From Vermamoeba vermiformis (lineage: Eukaryota): DNA of 64,000 nucleotides. Shown piece after piece: positions 51,674 to 63,325 of this stretch. Where the stretch lies: positions 682,001-746,000 of the forward strand of contig JBEWZL010000239.1 in assembly GCA_045837725.1 (NCBI GenBank), in the 5' to 3' direction. The notes under the pieces were generated by a model. That model made no database searches and was not told the DNA's origin. It worked only from the letters and a program-made list of their open reading frames with translations. How positions within the stretch are numbered: position 1 is the stretch's first letter; each line of letters starts with the position of its first letter. The position numbers were made by a program, and so were the translations under genes.

Positions 51674-52086
51674 TCATATTTAATTGGATCATGTGTTCTC
51701 TTTTTTACATTTTTGGTGTCCACCCAACTTTTAATGTCCTCTCGCGCTTAAAAAAAATGTCAATAATTAGATCTATTGTCCTGAAGCTTCTAAAAAATCA
51801 ATAATGCCAAAAATAAAGTATCTAATCATAATAATAACCTAATAGCGTATCTTCAGATTTTTTTGAGGCAGTGTTGGTCTTCTGGTCTTTCTGGATCTTA
51901 TTCTCGTTGGATCGAGCTGGCTTATTGGCACCTTTGGTTGCAGAAGAGCCAATTGCCCTTAAAATTATTGATCTGTACATTATAGACAATAAATATTGAT
52001 GTGCACATCAAGAAAATTTCGTTACAAATGACGGGTTGACTTTTTTCCTTTAGTTCACCTGTGGAGCACAATAGGCAAACCACATT

Positions 52087-53830
52087 ATGAAGTCCGTATT
52101 AGTATTGATCGCCGTTTTATGCTGCACATGCTTTGTGCAAGCTGCTGTTGCGAAGAAGGACGGATGGCAGCCAAACTTCCCCGTTTTTAACTGCTCATCG
52201 TTGCCAACGCCTCCTCCTGCTAATGACGTGCGTCAATTGCGTCCAGGAGTAAGTAATTGTACATTTAAATGGATTGAAACGCATCTGGTGACGTCCTTCT
52301 AACGCTTTTTAGAATATCAAAGTTGTAATGGCAGTTGGCGACTCTATCAGGTAAATAACGATAATTATGCCGAATATCTTAATTATAGGCGTAAATTAGA
52401 CTTTTCATTAGCTATTTCTATTTACTGGTGGTTGAAAATAGTAATCAAGCCCACTAACGTGATCGTACTCGATATTATAGTGCCGGATTTGCCATGAATG
52501 CTGGTCATTTTTGGGACGTAAAAGGTTTCGTCGAGTTTCGAGGGGATGTGTTCTCGATCGGTAAGAGAATCGATTTCTTTTCGCAAGTGCACCCATAAAA
52601 TAAAATAATTATGACAGGTGGCAACCCGAAAGCCAAAACTATTCCTAATTATCTAAAGGTAACCCGCAGACCCTGCGATCTGTCAAAAATATTGACATTT
52701 CTATTTTCAGAACTACAACCCAAATATCGTCGGTGCTTCCGTGGGAGATTCTTTACCCTTGGATGCCTTACAATGGCAAAATCATATCATTCAACCGTTC
52801 GATCCCGAAATTACGCACTTGAACGGAGCGCAATCCATGGCACGTATTGATCACGTTCCTGCTCAAATTGAGTAAGTGCTAATTTACGCTAATATTCTCG
52901 TGTATTAACATATAGCAGCTACATTACACAATCGTTGCAAACCACGTACAAAGATAAAGTGGATTTCAAAAACGATTGGAAAATGATGACCATTTTTATC
53001 GGTATGACGAATATTGATAGCCACTGCATATGCTGACTATTGTAGGTGCTAATAACATCTGCCCGTCGTGCACGAACCGAACGGACGTTACTCCCGAGTA
53101 TTTCGAGCGGGTAAATACTTCAAATTTATTACTGGTTGAGCTAGCTAACTAGGTTAACTTATTGATTTCAGATGATGGATTTCGTAGTTAATAAGATCTA
53201 CACGCAAATCCCTCGCACGTATGTGAACATCGTGCTGTTGTTCAATATTTCACAAGGTACTGTGTTGTGCACCGTTTCTGCTTTGGATCTGACATTTTGC
53301 TCTAGTGCGCCACATTGTTATGCAAAGTGACTACTGCTACTTCATGTGGGACACTTTTTGCAAGGGCGAGTGCGGTTGCATGACAGATCCGAAGACTACA
53401 CCTGCCAACTTGTAAGCCCGTCAAAGAGTCGTGTTAACGTATTATTATCGCTCACTGCTTACTACTTTAGACAAGCCATGGACCAGCACAGCGTTTGGTT
53501 CAATCAAGCCATCAGAAAAGTCGCCAAGAAGTGGCAGTCCAAGAACTTGAAGGAGTTCAACGTCATTGCTCAGCCTTTCATCGAGAACTGTAAGTTACAA
53601 TATCTTCGCAAAGGCGCGTCTAATTCGATCGTGCAGTGTTGATTCAGCCTGAAATTGGCTTGGACTTCTTGAGCAAGCTAGATTGTTTCCACCCCAGCAC
53701 CGTGGCCAACGTCGCGTGGAGCATTGGTCTGTGGAACAACATGTTGACTCCTGAAGGTCAAAAAGAGACCAATCTCGATCTCAACAACTTGTACTATAAG
53801 TGCCCTGATGCCAACACGTTCTTGCAATAA
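52087..53830 (+). CDS. PLB1: Secreted phospholipase B1-like GDSL/SGNH lipase, many small exons
   Basis: Signal peptide; VRQLRPG..IKVVMAVGDSI; DWKMMTIFIGANNIC; QPF; LDCFHPS..GLWNNML. Confidence 0.9.
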
Positions 53831-53845
53831 ATTCTAGTTTTGTGT

Positions 53846-55489
53846 TTACGCGTAGGCCACTGCAAAGTAATAAATCGGCTTGCAAGTCAGCACGATCACT
53901 AGTTGCACGAATCGAATGCGCGGTGAGTTCAGCTTTGGATTGAAACCAAGTACGCCAGTGTGCTCGAATGCCAGCAGCATCACTACAAGAGAGTCAATTT
54001 TCTTTCTATTAAACAGCCTTGACTCACGTACCAACGCCTAACAAGATGCACGACGAATAGGGCATGGTGATCCGTTGATGTACTCCCATGACAGCGTACT
54101 CGTGAAAAAACGCTGAAACAGTGCATGCTGTGATCATGGCCTTTGTCTTTCCAAAGCCAAAAACTCGTTGACTGAAGGAAATAGTTATTAATAAGCTGTC
54201 GGTTACAACGATGAGTTTCTTACCTTTGTTTGTGCGGATACTCGTGCAACCAGCGATGGACCGGCGCGCTCCATTTTTGGAAGAACTTCGTGACAGATTC
54301 CGTCGTGCTTGTGAACGATATGATTAATATATGGCCTTGTAATCCTTTAAATCTGATAAACATACTCAGCGTAGTAATAGTTCTTATGAGGGTATCCAGT
54401 CACATCCGCTAAGAAACTCATGAAGCAGTACCAGAAGGCGTATTTGCTATGCGTGCGTTGGCGTTAACATAAATGGGCAAATATGAACTTACCTTAGCTC
54501 GAAGCACAGCACTATGACCGGGACATGGCTAACGTACAACCAAGCAGAAAAGGGCTGTTCCAGAGCGGGAAACACAATCCAAATATCTAAGCGACTATAC
54601 GTTAAAATAACGTACTAATGCATTATAAAGAGCTCTTACGCAGCCAATGCACGATGCTGAAGCAGCAGACCGCTACAAATAGCTCACGAATAGCTCTGGG
54701 AATATTCGTCTCGATAGTCTTCAAGTTCTGTTCGTAAACTAACGTTGGATACCACACAAATTTTACGAAGCTAATTAAGCAGTGCCGCGCTACAAATCTT
54801 GGTTAGCGCTAGATATCGTTGAAATATCGCGGGTGTACCTGAACCCTCCTGCTTTGACGATTCAAAAGCGTGCAATTTCATGCAAAGTGCAATTGCTTGG
54901 AGAAGTACTAACGAGGCACTTCCTGTTGTGCAAGAAAAATATTGGAATTAAAGGCAGACTAGCGAACGGATAACTTGCCAAGATTCAATCGGAAGTGCGC
55001 AACCCAGTAGAGCGGGGCAATTAAGATTATTAATTGACTCGATGCATATACGATTATCCAAGCGATGTTTTGAGTGAAAGTGAGGCGAAGTAAAAGTACA
55101 CAAGCAACGCAGAGCAGTCCTTGAAGCTAGGTGAATAATCAGAAATTATTCTTATTTTTAATAATACTTGATACACTACCGTAGTCACTAAAATGGCATT
55201 ATGTAAATTATCAAACGCAAAGCGAAGAAAAGAAAAATATTTAGCAACAATTATTGGCGATCTGATTGCGTGTACGACCATGAACGCCATCATAATTCCC
55301 TGGAAAGCAAAATAAAATTAGAATAAATTTTTTTAAGGAATTTGCGCGTACTAAAATGAATAAGCGATGCGCTTGAAGATCTTGATAAAAGTTGTCGAAG
55401 CTTAGATTGTCGTAGGAGTGAAGATATGAGGCCTTTGTGCCAGCTTTGGGCGTATTTGTACGACGGGTGTGTTGTGCCTTGTCTTTCAT
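53846..55489 (-). CDS. MBOAT acyltransferase, divergent ACAT/DGAT1-like; many exons
   Basis: Spliced translation YPTLVYE; KYAFWYCFMSFLADVTGY; FFQKWSAPVHRWL; VSAFFHEY (catalytic His); several hydrophobic segments. Confidence 0.75.
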
Positions 55490-55722
55490 TTGAACGTTGA
55501 GAAAAGGATCTACACGCAGAAACGGTCTCGTTCGGCTACAACCACCGTTACAGTTTCAATTTGATGATTCCTATAAATTACTCGGATAAGGGCGACTGCG
55601 AATAGATAGCGATAATTCTGAGTACTTTTCTTGTTTCATTTTTTAAACTGGTTCGGCGGCACAAACAGTTTTGCAAATAAACAAAAGTGCGGTACCACTA
55701 CAGAAGGCTTAGGAATAATATA

Positions 55723-58141
55723 ATGACTGCTTCGTGGGGTGCTGTATTGAACTGGCGCAATTATTTTCGCACCCAAAGGCTAGACATTGGCGATACCAAT
55801 ACATGTAAGTATAAACGTATAAATATCGTAGATAATAAGATAGGAATTAATGTAATTATTTGGCAGTGTTGGCGAAAGTATTGGGTATTTTGGATCTCAT
55901 CGCTTATGGTGTTGCTAGCACTGTCGGAGTAAGGAATAATATATGTTTAATACCATTATATCTAGATTATAATTATCACCAAATATTATCAAGAATAACT
56001 GAAGTAAGATTGCAAATTGAAAATCGATCAGATCGTGATCAACCGTCCAGGTTCCATTTAATTCAATTTATTGTCCACAATGTTAACAAAAATAAATATT
56101 TTTAGGCTGGTATTTTCGTAATCACGGGCACAGCAGCCAGAGATTTAGCGGGCCCGGGAGTGGTGCTGAGTTTCCTTTTCGCCGCCTTTGCTTCATTGCT
56201 ATCAGCGTTTTGCTACGCCGAATTTGCTGCTAGAATTCCTGGTAATTATTGAGATCGCCAGAAGGAAAAACAAATTTACTAACGTTTTTAGTTGCCGGAT
56301 CTGCATATACTTTTTCCTATGTTGCTCTCGGTGAGATCGTTGGTTGGCTGTAAGTTAGCATAAATTATATTAACTGATGTAACCATTCTTATTACTCAGT
56401 GTTGGTTGGAATTTGACGTCTGAGTACGCCATCAGCGCATCCGGTAAGTACTCGGCGGTTATTTAGCGTCGTAAATTTCTTCTAATGATAACTCAGCCGT
56501 GGCTCGCTCATGGGCCGAGTACTTGGTTGGATTTTTCAAGACCGTTGGCGTGCCTATGCCCGTGTGGTTGTACGAATATGACTTGCCTTGGGAGTGGTCC
56601 AAGGGCTTGTTCTCACTGTCGCCGCTCTCCGTGCTCATTATCTTCTTGTGCACTTTGCTTTTAGTATTCGGTAAGCGCACACATGTCGCAGTACGAGGGT
56701 AGTTGTTAACAAGCTGACAGGTGTCAAGGAATCAGCTACATTCAACAAGATTGTCACCGTGTTCAATATCACTGCAATTTTGTTCATTATTGTCACTGGA
56801 GCATTTTATGTTGATCGCGCCAATTACAAAGAGTTTTTCCCTTACGGATTCAACGGTGTGTTCAAGGGTGCAGCCAAGGTCTTCTTCGCTTACATTGGCT
56901 TTGATGCCGTGTCTACACTCGCTGGTGAAGTCAAGAAACCTAAGCGTGATCTGCCGTTGGGTATTGTCGGTACTTTGGGCATTGCCACCGCCTTGTATTG
57001 CGGTGTCGCTATCGGTAAGTCCACATCAATCACGCGTCTGTTAGTCCCTAACACGCTCGCTCAGTCATCACCGGTATGGTGCCCTACAGTCTCCTTACCG
57101 ACACTCCTTTGGCTGATGCGTTCGATCGTGTTGGATTGCACTGGGCTGCCATTGTCATCGGTATCAGCTCCGTGCTGGCACTCAGTGTCACAACGCTTGC
57201 TTCGTTGCTCGGTCAGCCTCGTATTTTCTTCCAAATGGCACAAGACGGTCTTTTGTTCGCCGCTTTTGGTCGCGTCAACAAGCAGCAGTCTCCTGTCTTT
57301 GGCACGTGGATCACCGGTTTGTTCGCCGGTGTGTTGGCCGCTGTCTACGACTTGGATCAATTGACTGGCATGATTTCTATCGGTACTTTGCTGGCCTTCA
57401 GCGTTGTGTGCGGTGGTGTGATTGTGTTGAGATACCGTGATTCCGCTGTCACTGCTTCATCCGAGCCTTTTTTGCCAAGTAAGTGGCGATCCTAATTGAC
57501 CTGCTTCGAGACTAATATCTGTGCAGAGTACTCCGAGGCTCAACTCCCTTATGCTCGTCCTTCGTTCCGTGGATTTGAAGGCCTGGCTCGTTTCTGTTCT
57601 AAAAATATCTCGCTGGTGATCGTCGTTTATTTCTTGTTCTGCGTCGGTTGGGCTGTGCTCGCCAGCAGTTTGGTAAGTCATAATAACATCGTAAACGGTT
57701 CTAATTGATTCAAAGCAAAACGCTTACGACACCGATCCCGAAAACACTAAAATGTGGGTCCTCGCACCTGCCGCAGTGCCATTGTTGCTCACATATTTTG
57801 CATTGCAAATCATGAAGTAAGTGTCAATTTACGCCACAAATGCCACGAAATCGTACACAATATTGACCCGTATATTAATCAGCCACCGAGATTGTCCCGA
57901 TACCTTCCAAACACCACTTGTGCCTCTCTTGCCAATGCTCGGTGTCTTGGCAAACATCTATTTGATTTGCCGTCTGACTATTGAAGCCGTGGTGCGAGTA
58001 TTGATCTGGTCGGGCATTGGCATTATCATTTACATGACCTACGGCATCCGCCACAGCAAACTCAACAATCCTGCTACTAACGGCTTCGATGAGCGCACGC
58101 CTATTTTGGTCAATGCTAACAACGAAGACAAGAGCGATTGA
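55723..58141 (+). CDS. Cationic amino acid transporter (APC superfamily, CAT/SLC7A-like)
   Basis: DLIAYGVASTVGAGIFVITG, AGPGVVLSF, CYAEFAARIP.AGSAY, FFAYIGFD, GQPRIFFQMAQDGLL, FQTPLVPLLP...YGIRHSKL. Confidence 0.93.
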
Positions 58142-58602
58142 GATTAATGGTGAGGTAATAAAGAACGAATTCACAAAAGCAGGATCCAAATCCAGAATTT
58201 TTACAAATTAAATCTCCGCTGTTGGAATTATTTCTAAATTTAGTCAAAACCTGCGTTTAATAACAATATAATCCACTGACTGATCATAAAATGAACACTT
58301 TGTGTTGCGATGGTTGTTTTTGGCCGAAGATCGCTAAGAAGAACACCACTTGACGGATGTAAGTTGAAACATTTTGCAATTAATATCCACGAACGTTCCT
58401 AAACTTGCTATCGTATCTTAGAGATTATTCGAACGTATCGCAACGGAAAATAGAAAGAAGAAATTTCGGGAAGAATCGAATCTGGTTTGCTCAAATTTTC
58501 GATAAGAAGTGCCGCATAGTACAGTCATCTGGCTATAAGAAGAACGAAATTATTTTGATTCAGTACAACTAGTACTTGCCCAACAACAGACACACGCGCC
58601 GA

Positions 58603-60087
58603 ATGAAAGTAGCATATTTGCTTTTGATCCTTGCCTCGATCTGCCACAGTTACCATGCCCGCTGGTTCGGTAAGTCTCTTGTAATAATATAATACACCGT
58701 AATTAGTGGAAATAATTCTCCTCATTTGTTTCAGATCAAGTCACAAACTTTCAGTCCGGATTGCCTTCCAAAAATTTGAGAGACGTGTCTTTTACAGCCT
58801 TCAATCAAGAGTGGAAAATCAGATTATGGCCCAATACTCACTTCCACCGTAGCAGCGAAAGCGCCTCAGCCCCGATCTCGACTTACTGGATCGGTACCGT
58901 ACTGAGCACTCGAGGAAGCGACTGCAGCGTCACATTAGAAGCAGATGGCTCCATATTTTCAGCTCATATCTTATTTCCTAATGGAAGACAATTTCGTATA
59001 ACAAGAGTCGCAGATTTTGTCGAAAAACACGGCGAGCTTCAAAAAGAAGTGCTGACCCAACTTAAGAACGAAGATCTGATAATTTTTGACGTCAACAGAC
59101 GACAAGGACACGTAAAGAGACAATCGCCGAGTAAGTACTTTGAAATGGCTATTTTCCCGTGCCTTTACTAAAATAATCGTTGTAGCGCGCGAAAATGACG
59201 GAATCGAAGTACGTGGCATTGAACTGCCTCGTGAAATACCCACTACTCCGTCAACTATCTCTATTAACGACACTCTGCCCGCTCCTCGCTGGAATCAAAG
59301 CCTCATCTTGTACGTGGATCAAGCAATGATCGACAGTCACGGAAGCTTCGATAAAGCCGCTCAAATCACGCTTAGCGCAATGAATGACGTAAACTTGATT
59401 ATGCGACATAACGGCCTCCGCGAATGGACCGTCAAAACTGAAGTACGACAAGCAGCTGATGGTGTTGTGACGAGCACTAACACTTTGCGCGACGTCCTTG
59501 ATCAGTAAGTTATTTAACAAAAATTATCGTGCCTGAGAGTCTAATGAGTTTATTTTATTAGGTTCAAGAGCGCGAGAAGCCAAGAGATGCAAGAGTCCGA
59601 TCCCGATTGCTCGCTGTTAGTTACTGGTCGCGATGATCTCAAGACGGGTACGATTGGCTGGGCGTTCGTTGGTACGACTTGCATGAAGTGGACAACTCAA
59701 CAACAGACTCGCGATGATTGGAAAGACGTGGCATCACTCTGCAGTGCCGTCGTTAGTGACATTGGATTGCATCTCTATTCAATTATCACTCACGAGCTTG
59801 GTCATGTGCTTGGTTCTCGCCATATTGAAGACGCATCGGATGATATTATGCATCCTGAAGTACCCCTGGTAGATCTTGCTGCTACTCGCTTCACATGTGC
59901 TTCAAAATCTTCACTTGTTGCTGATTGCTCTGGCAATGTCAAATACACTTGTGATCCTACTGCTCCTTTCAATGAGAATGATCCTGCCTTCAACAATCCA
60001 CAGTTGTACATGTTACTTGGTGCTGGATCCATTTCATCCCCATTCAGCTGGTTGACTGCTGTAGTATGCTTTCTGTTCTTAGTTTAA
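58603..60087 (+). CDS. Reprolysin-like (M12B) zinc metalloprotease, signal peptide plus GPI-type tail
   Basis: MKVAYLLLILASIC; GTIGWAFVGTTC; THELGHVLGSRH...DIMHP (Met-turn); hydrophobic C-terminus. Confidence 0.88.
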
Positions 60088-60399
60088 CTTAATTTATTTG
60101 TAAATGTTGTACATACTGTAATTACTGTAAATAATTGGAGATTTAATGCAAAACCCTTGCCATAACTTGCTGGATAAAACAATAGTAAGTTTCACACCAA
60201 TGGAGATAAATATTTTCTTGCCATTTCTCCTTGGAATAATCTGGCACAAGCTCATGTTTTATTAAAGATTTCCTCAGAATCTGCAACCCCCTCCTCTTGA
60301 AGTTTTGGTTGCTGTTCATTAAGTGCAGTGTTGATATCATTAAAGTCCAGTTGGTTGTTCCAGCACCTACAGGGTCCTGGACAGAATTTGAAGCAATAT

Positions 60400-61930
60400 A
60401 TTCTTTCTTAAGCTTGAGATAGCAAGCACTTGAACCATCTTGACTGAAGTATCTTTGCTTAATTAAATCATTATTAGTAAGTGTAAATTGATATTTCTAA
60501 GCTGTAATTGAATGATAATTGTTGGTAGATCCAGAGCCTGTCAATCCATCTTTTCACCACTACTTGCCAGCAACCTATAATGCAACAATGGCAGTGCCAA
60601 AACAAGAGATTACAGGACAAAGAAGCAACCCAAAAAGTTGATTCTGATGACACACCTGGAGCCAGTTGAACCTGGTTTTGATTTTAGATATTTATTGGAA
60701 GACAATAACACATGTTCTAAACCTGCAGTACCTTTGATTATTTAAGTATAGATATTGAGCAGAGTAGATCTGGATATTTCACCACAATAACCACAAATGC
60801 CTGTTTTTTCAGCCATTGTGTTGTGTAGTGGTACACACTCTGGAGCAATCTGGTATGCATACCAAATTTCCATTTTTAGTCAAGTACATGTTGCAAGTAA
60901 GGTTTGGTTTGGTTTGGAGAGTTCGGTGCCCTTCAATCAACTAGTTTTAAAGAAATCATTAAAGAGTAGTGAGCACTACGAGATAGAAAAGGCTGTGTAT
61001 ACAAAGATCCACCAGTTGGCCATGGAGTAAGTGTAGAAATTGATATATCCCCTCAATAATGATTTTTTAGCGACCTGAAAAGACATTTTCCAGAGCCAAT
61101 TGGTTTTAATGACAAAGAGCACTGCATATTTGTTGGGTTTGAATCACCCACCACCATTTTTACAGCGTTAAAAGCAAAATCACTGGCCCCTTTTGCCAAA
61201 GGGTTAATTGCTCAGTTCTCAAAAGTATTGTGATACATGCACATCTGCATGGATGTACCTTGGGAATATTCTTTACAGAACCTTCTCCTCAGTCACAAAT
61301 TCTATCATTCAGAAGTTGATGGAAAAGTGATCTGAGCCCCTCTGCTCATCTTCATTGATTTCACCTCCAAGCAAGATAATGGTAATATAAACTATTTTAA
61401 ACTCTTATTTGCAGTGCAAAGTATGATCAATCAGGGGCCACCTTATTAAGAGCAACTAAAAAGGTTCTAGAAGGTTTGTGCATTGTCACCTACAGGTTGC
61501 ATTAGGGTTAGGATTAGGATGCTAGTACCTGGAGTGTGGCATTTACTAATTCTATCTTGTGAGTTGACATCGGAGCGTTGCTTCTTGCATAAAGATCTTT
61601 CAAAGCCCTATGAAGAAGGTTGTTTGCTGCAAAATAGGTCATTTTACATCAGGGCTATGTGTTCTATTTTACCTAACAATGGTTGTGTCATCCGCTGTAA
61701 GAACTTCTCTCTTAACGTAACAATATTGTTGCCAACCAGGAAGAAGGAAGCAAAATCTGACAATTGAAGGGTTTTATGAGGGCCTTTGTCTGCTAGATGG
61801 CAGATGCAGTTCACCAAGAGATCTTGAAGTGGAATTGAAAAACACTCCCTAAACTTTGTTAATTGTGGAAGCCAATAGCATTTAGTTATAGTTACCACTT
61901 GAAAAAATGCCTCAAAAGACCCTGGTTCAA
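60400..61930 (-). mobile_element. Heavily decayed non-LTR (L1/Tx1-like) retrotransposon 3' region, tentative
   Basis: Stop-interrupted minus-strand remnants in LINE order: VTITKCYWLPQLT..FSIP (about 61830-61900), GGP*LIILCTANKSLK (about 61395-61442), EIWYAYQ...VPL...GICGYCGE..STLLNIY (about 60745-60875, zf-RVT-like); strongly CpG-depleted. Confidence 0.4.
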
Positions 61931-62085
61931 ATTAGATATGGGCTGTTTTTTTTGGTCCACGTAGAGTTCATGGTTGGACCCTATTATCAGTTGCTGATTT
62001 CCCTCTGTTGAAGAGAAATAAAGAATTTACGAGGGAAAAAGGTAATTCAATGTATTTATTTTTAACGAAATCAAGGAATGACTTG

Positions 62086-62702
62086 TTATTTGAACTTTTT
62101 GAGCAGATCAGGGCAGTCTAATGCCTCTTCAGGTAACCATTCATTGTACTGATTACTCCAACCAGACCACTTCACTAGATATTCATCACCATGAACTCCT
62201 CTACGTTTGTCTACTAAATCTTCTACCTCATATTCTTCAGTTGATTTTACCTCTGCTGCTTTATACTTGACTTTTCCAGTTTGCAAATCTCCAGCAATAA
62301 ATTTGTTGTGACATTGATCAAAATTCCATGCTAAGCATTCTGAACAGAAGCATGGTCTCTTTTGATGTTTGATTGTTCCAATCTTGTTCCGAAAAGATGA
62401 AATCATAGGAAGCCTTGATGCCTTTTAAAGGAGTGCAGTCATCTTCTTCATCATCAGAATCATACTCAACCAAAAAAGTGGGGCCACCTGGAACAGTATC
62501 AAAGTGATCTGCAAGCTCTTGGGCATTATTGATGTGAGCATCATCTTATAAAGTGAATTAGCTCTGGTAAATTAAGGAGTAACTTACTATCTAGTAAAAA
62601 TAACCTAGTATTGGATTTCAAAGTTGCACCTCTGCCATCACAAGAACCTTTTCTATGGTATGCAGGATCTACAGCCCATCTGGGTAGGAGAAAGTTGACC
62701 AG
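62086..62702 (-). mobile_element. Pseudogenised DNA-transposase C-terminus (Sola2-like) fused to a chromodomain, with a spliceosomal intron
   Basis: RWAVDPAYHRKGSCDGRGATLK, intron, INNAQELADHF...PFKGIK (frameshifts), KRPCFCSECLAWNFDQCHN, then YEVEDLVDKR..EYLVKWSGWSNQYNEWLPEEALDCPDLLKKF. Confidence 0.65.
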
Positions 62703-62736
62703 CTAAAATGGTCGTTTATTGACATATGTTATTACA

Positions 62737-63255
62737 AGCATATGACATTGGGTAAATTGAAAGAACAACATAGGCTATTTAGCTAATAGCATATGCTATT
62801 TACAGCCAAGTACACCCTTTTGGCTGGCCCAGGACAAGGATTTCAGGGAAAAAATGTACTGCCCCTCTGCTTGTTTTTAGCATTGTGATTCATTACACAC
62901 TCACAAAAGCATATGCTCTGAAAAACGTCCACATGAAAAATAGCATATGCTGTTGCATCCGCTCCGCTGATGTTTGCTGCCCTGGTCCATTTTTTGTTGT
63001 TTTCTTCTTTTTCAATGTATTCATATATGTAAGTGGGCTTGCCCATATAGGGCTAGCCCTGTCACCCCCCCTCAAAAAAATAAAGAATATTCTACCCGAT
63101 CATTTTTTACTTAAGCAAAATTTTACTTTGGAAAATTATCCACAGGAAAAAAGAAGTCTCACCCTGAGTGACTCTCAAAAAAACAAAGTCCTGCAGGTCG
63201 TCTCCACACGGAGACGATCTCATAAAAAAACAAAGTCCTAGTAGGTCGTCTCCAC
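62737..63255. repeat. Cluster of short palindromes and a tandem repeat with a hairpin; possible element terminus
   Basis: AGCATATG(CT) at 62737, 62788, 62908, 62942 (perfect 16-bp palindrome 62785-62800); about 35-nt direct repeat 63173-63207 / 63218-63255; hairpin TCGTCTCC-acac-GGAGACGA 63198-63217. Confidence 0.6.
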
Positions 63256-63325
63256 GTGCCCTAAAAGAGGCTTCAACGCGCTCCATAATAATTCCACTAT
63301 TTTTACGCCCTCTCTCTTATTAATA

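Noticed and set aside
62086-62240. Host HP1/Polycomb gene or chromovirus integrase
   Set aside because: No chromoshadow domain, RT or GPY/F motif nearby; the chromodomain directly follows DNA-transposase-like motifs in a frameshifted, CpG-eroded frame
62885-63241. 118-aa plus-strand ORF and overlapping short ORFs
   Set aside because: Low-complexity AT-rich sequence crossing repeats; no coding signature
63173-63255. CRISPR-like repeat
   Set aside because: Only two imperfect copies with an about 10-nt spacer, no cas genes, eukaryotic context
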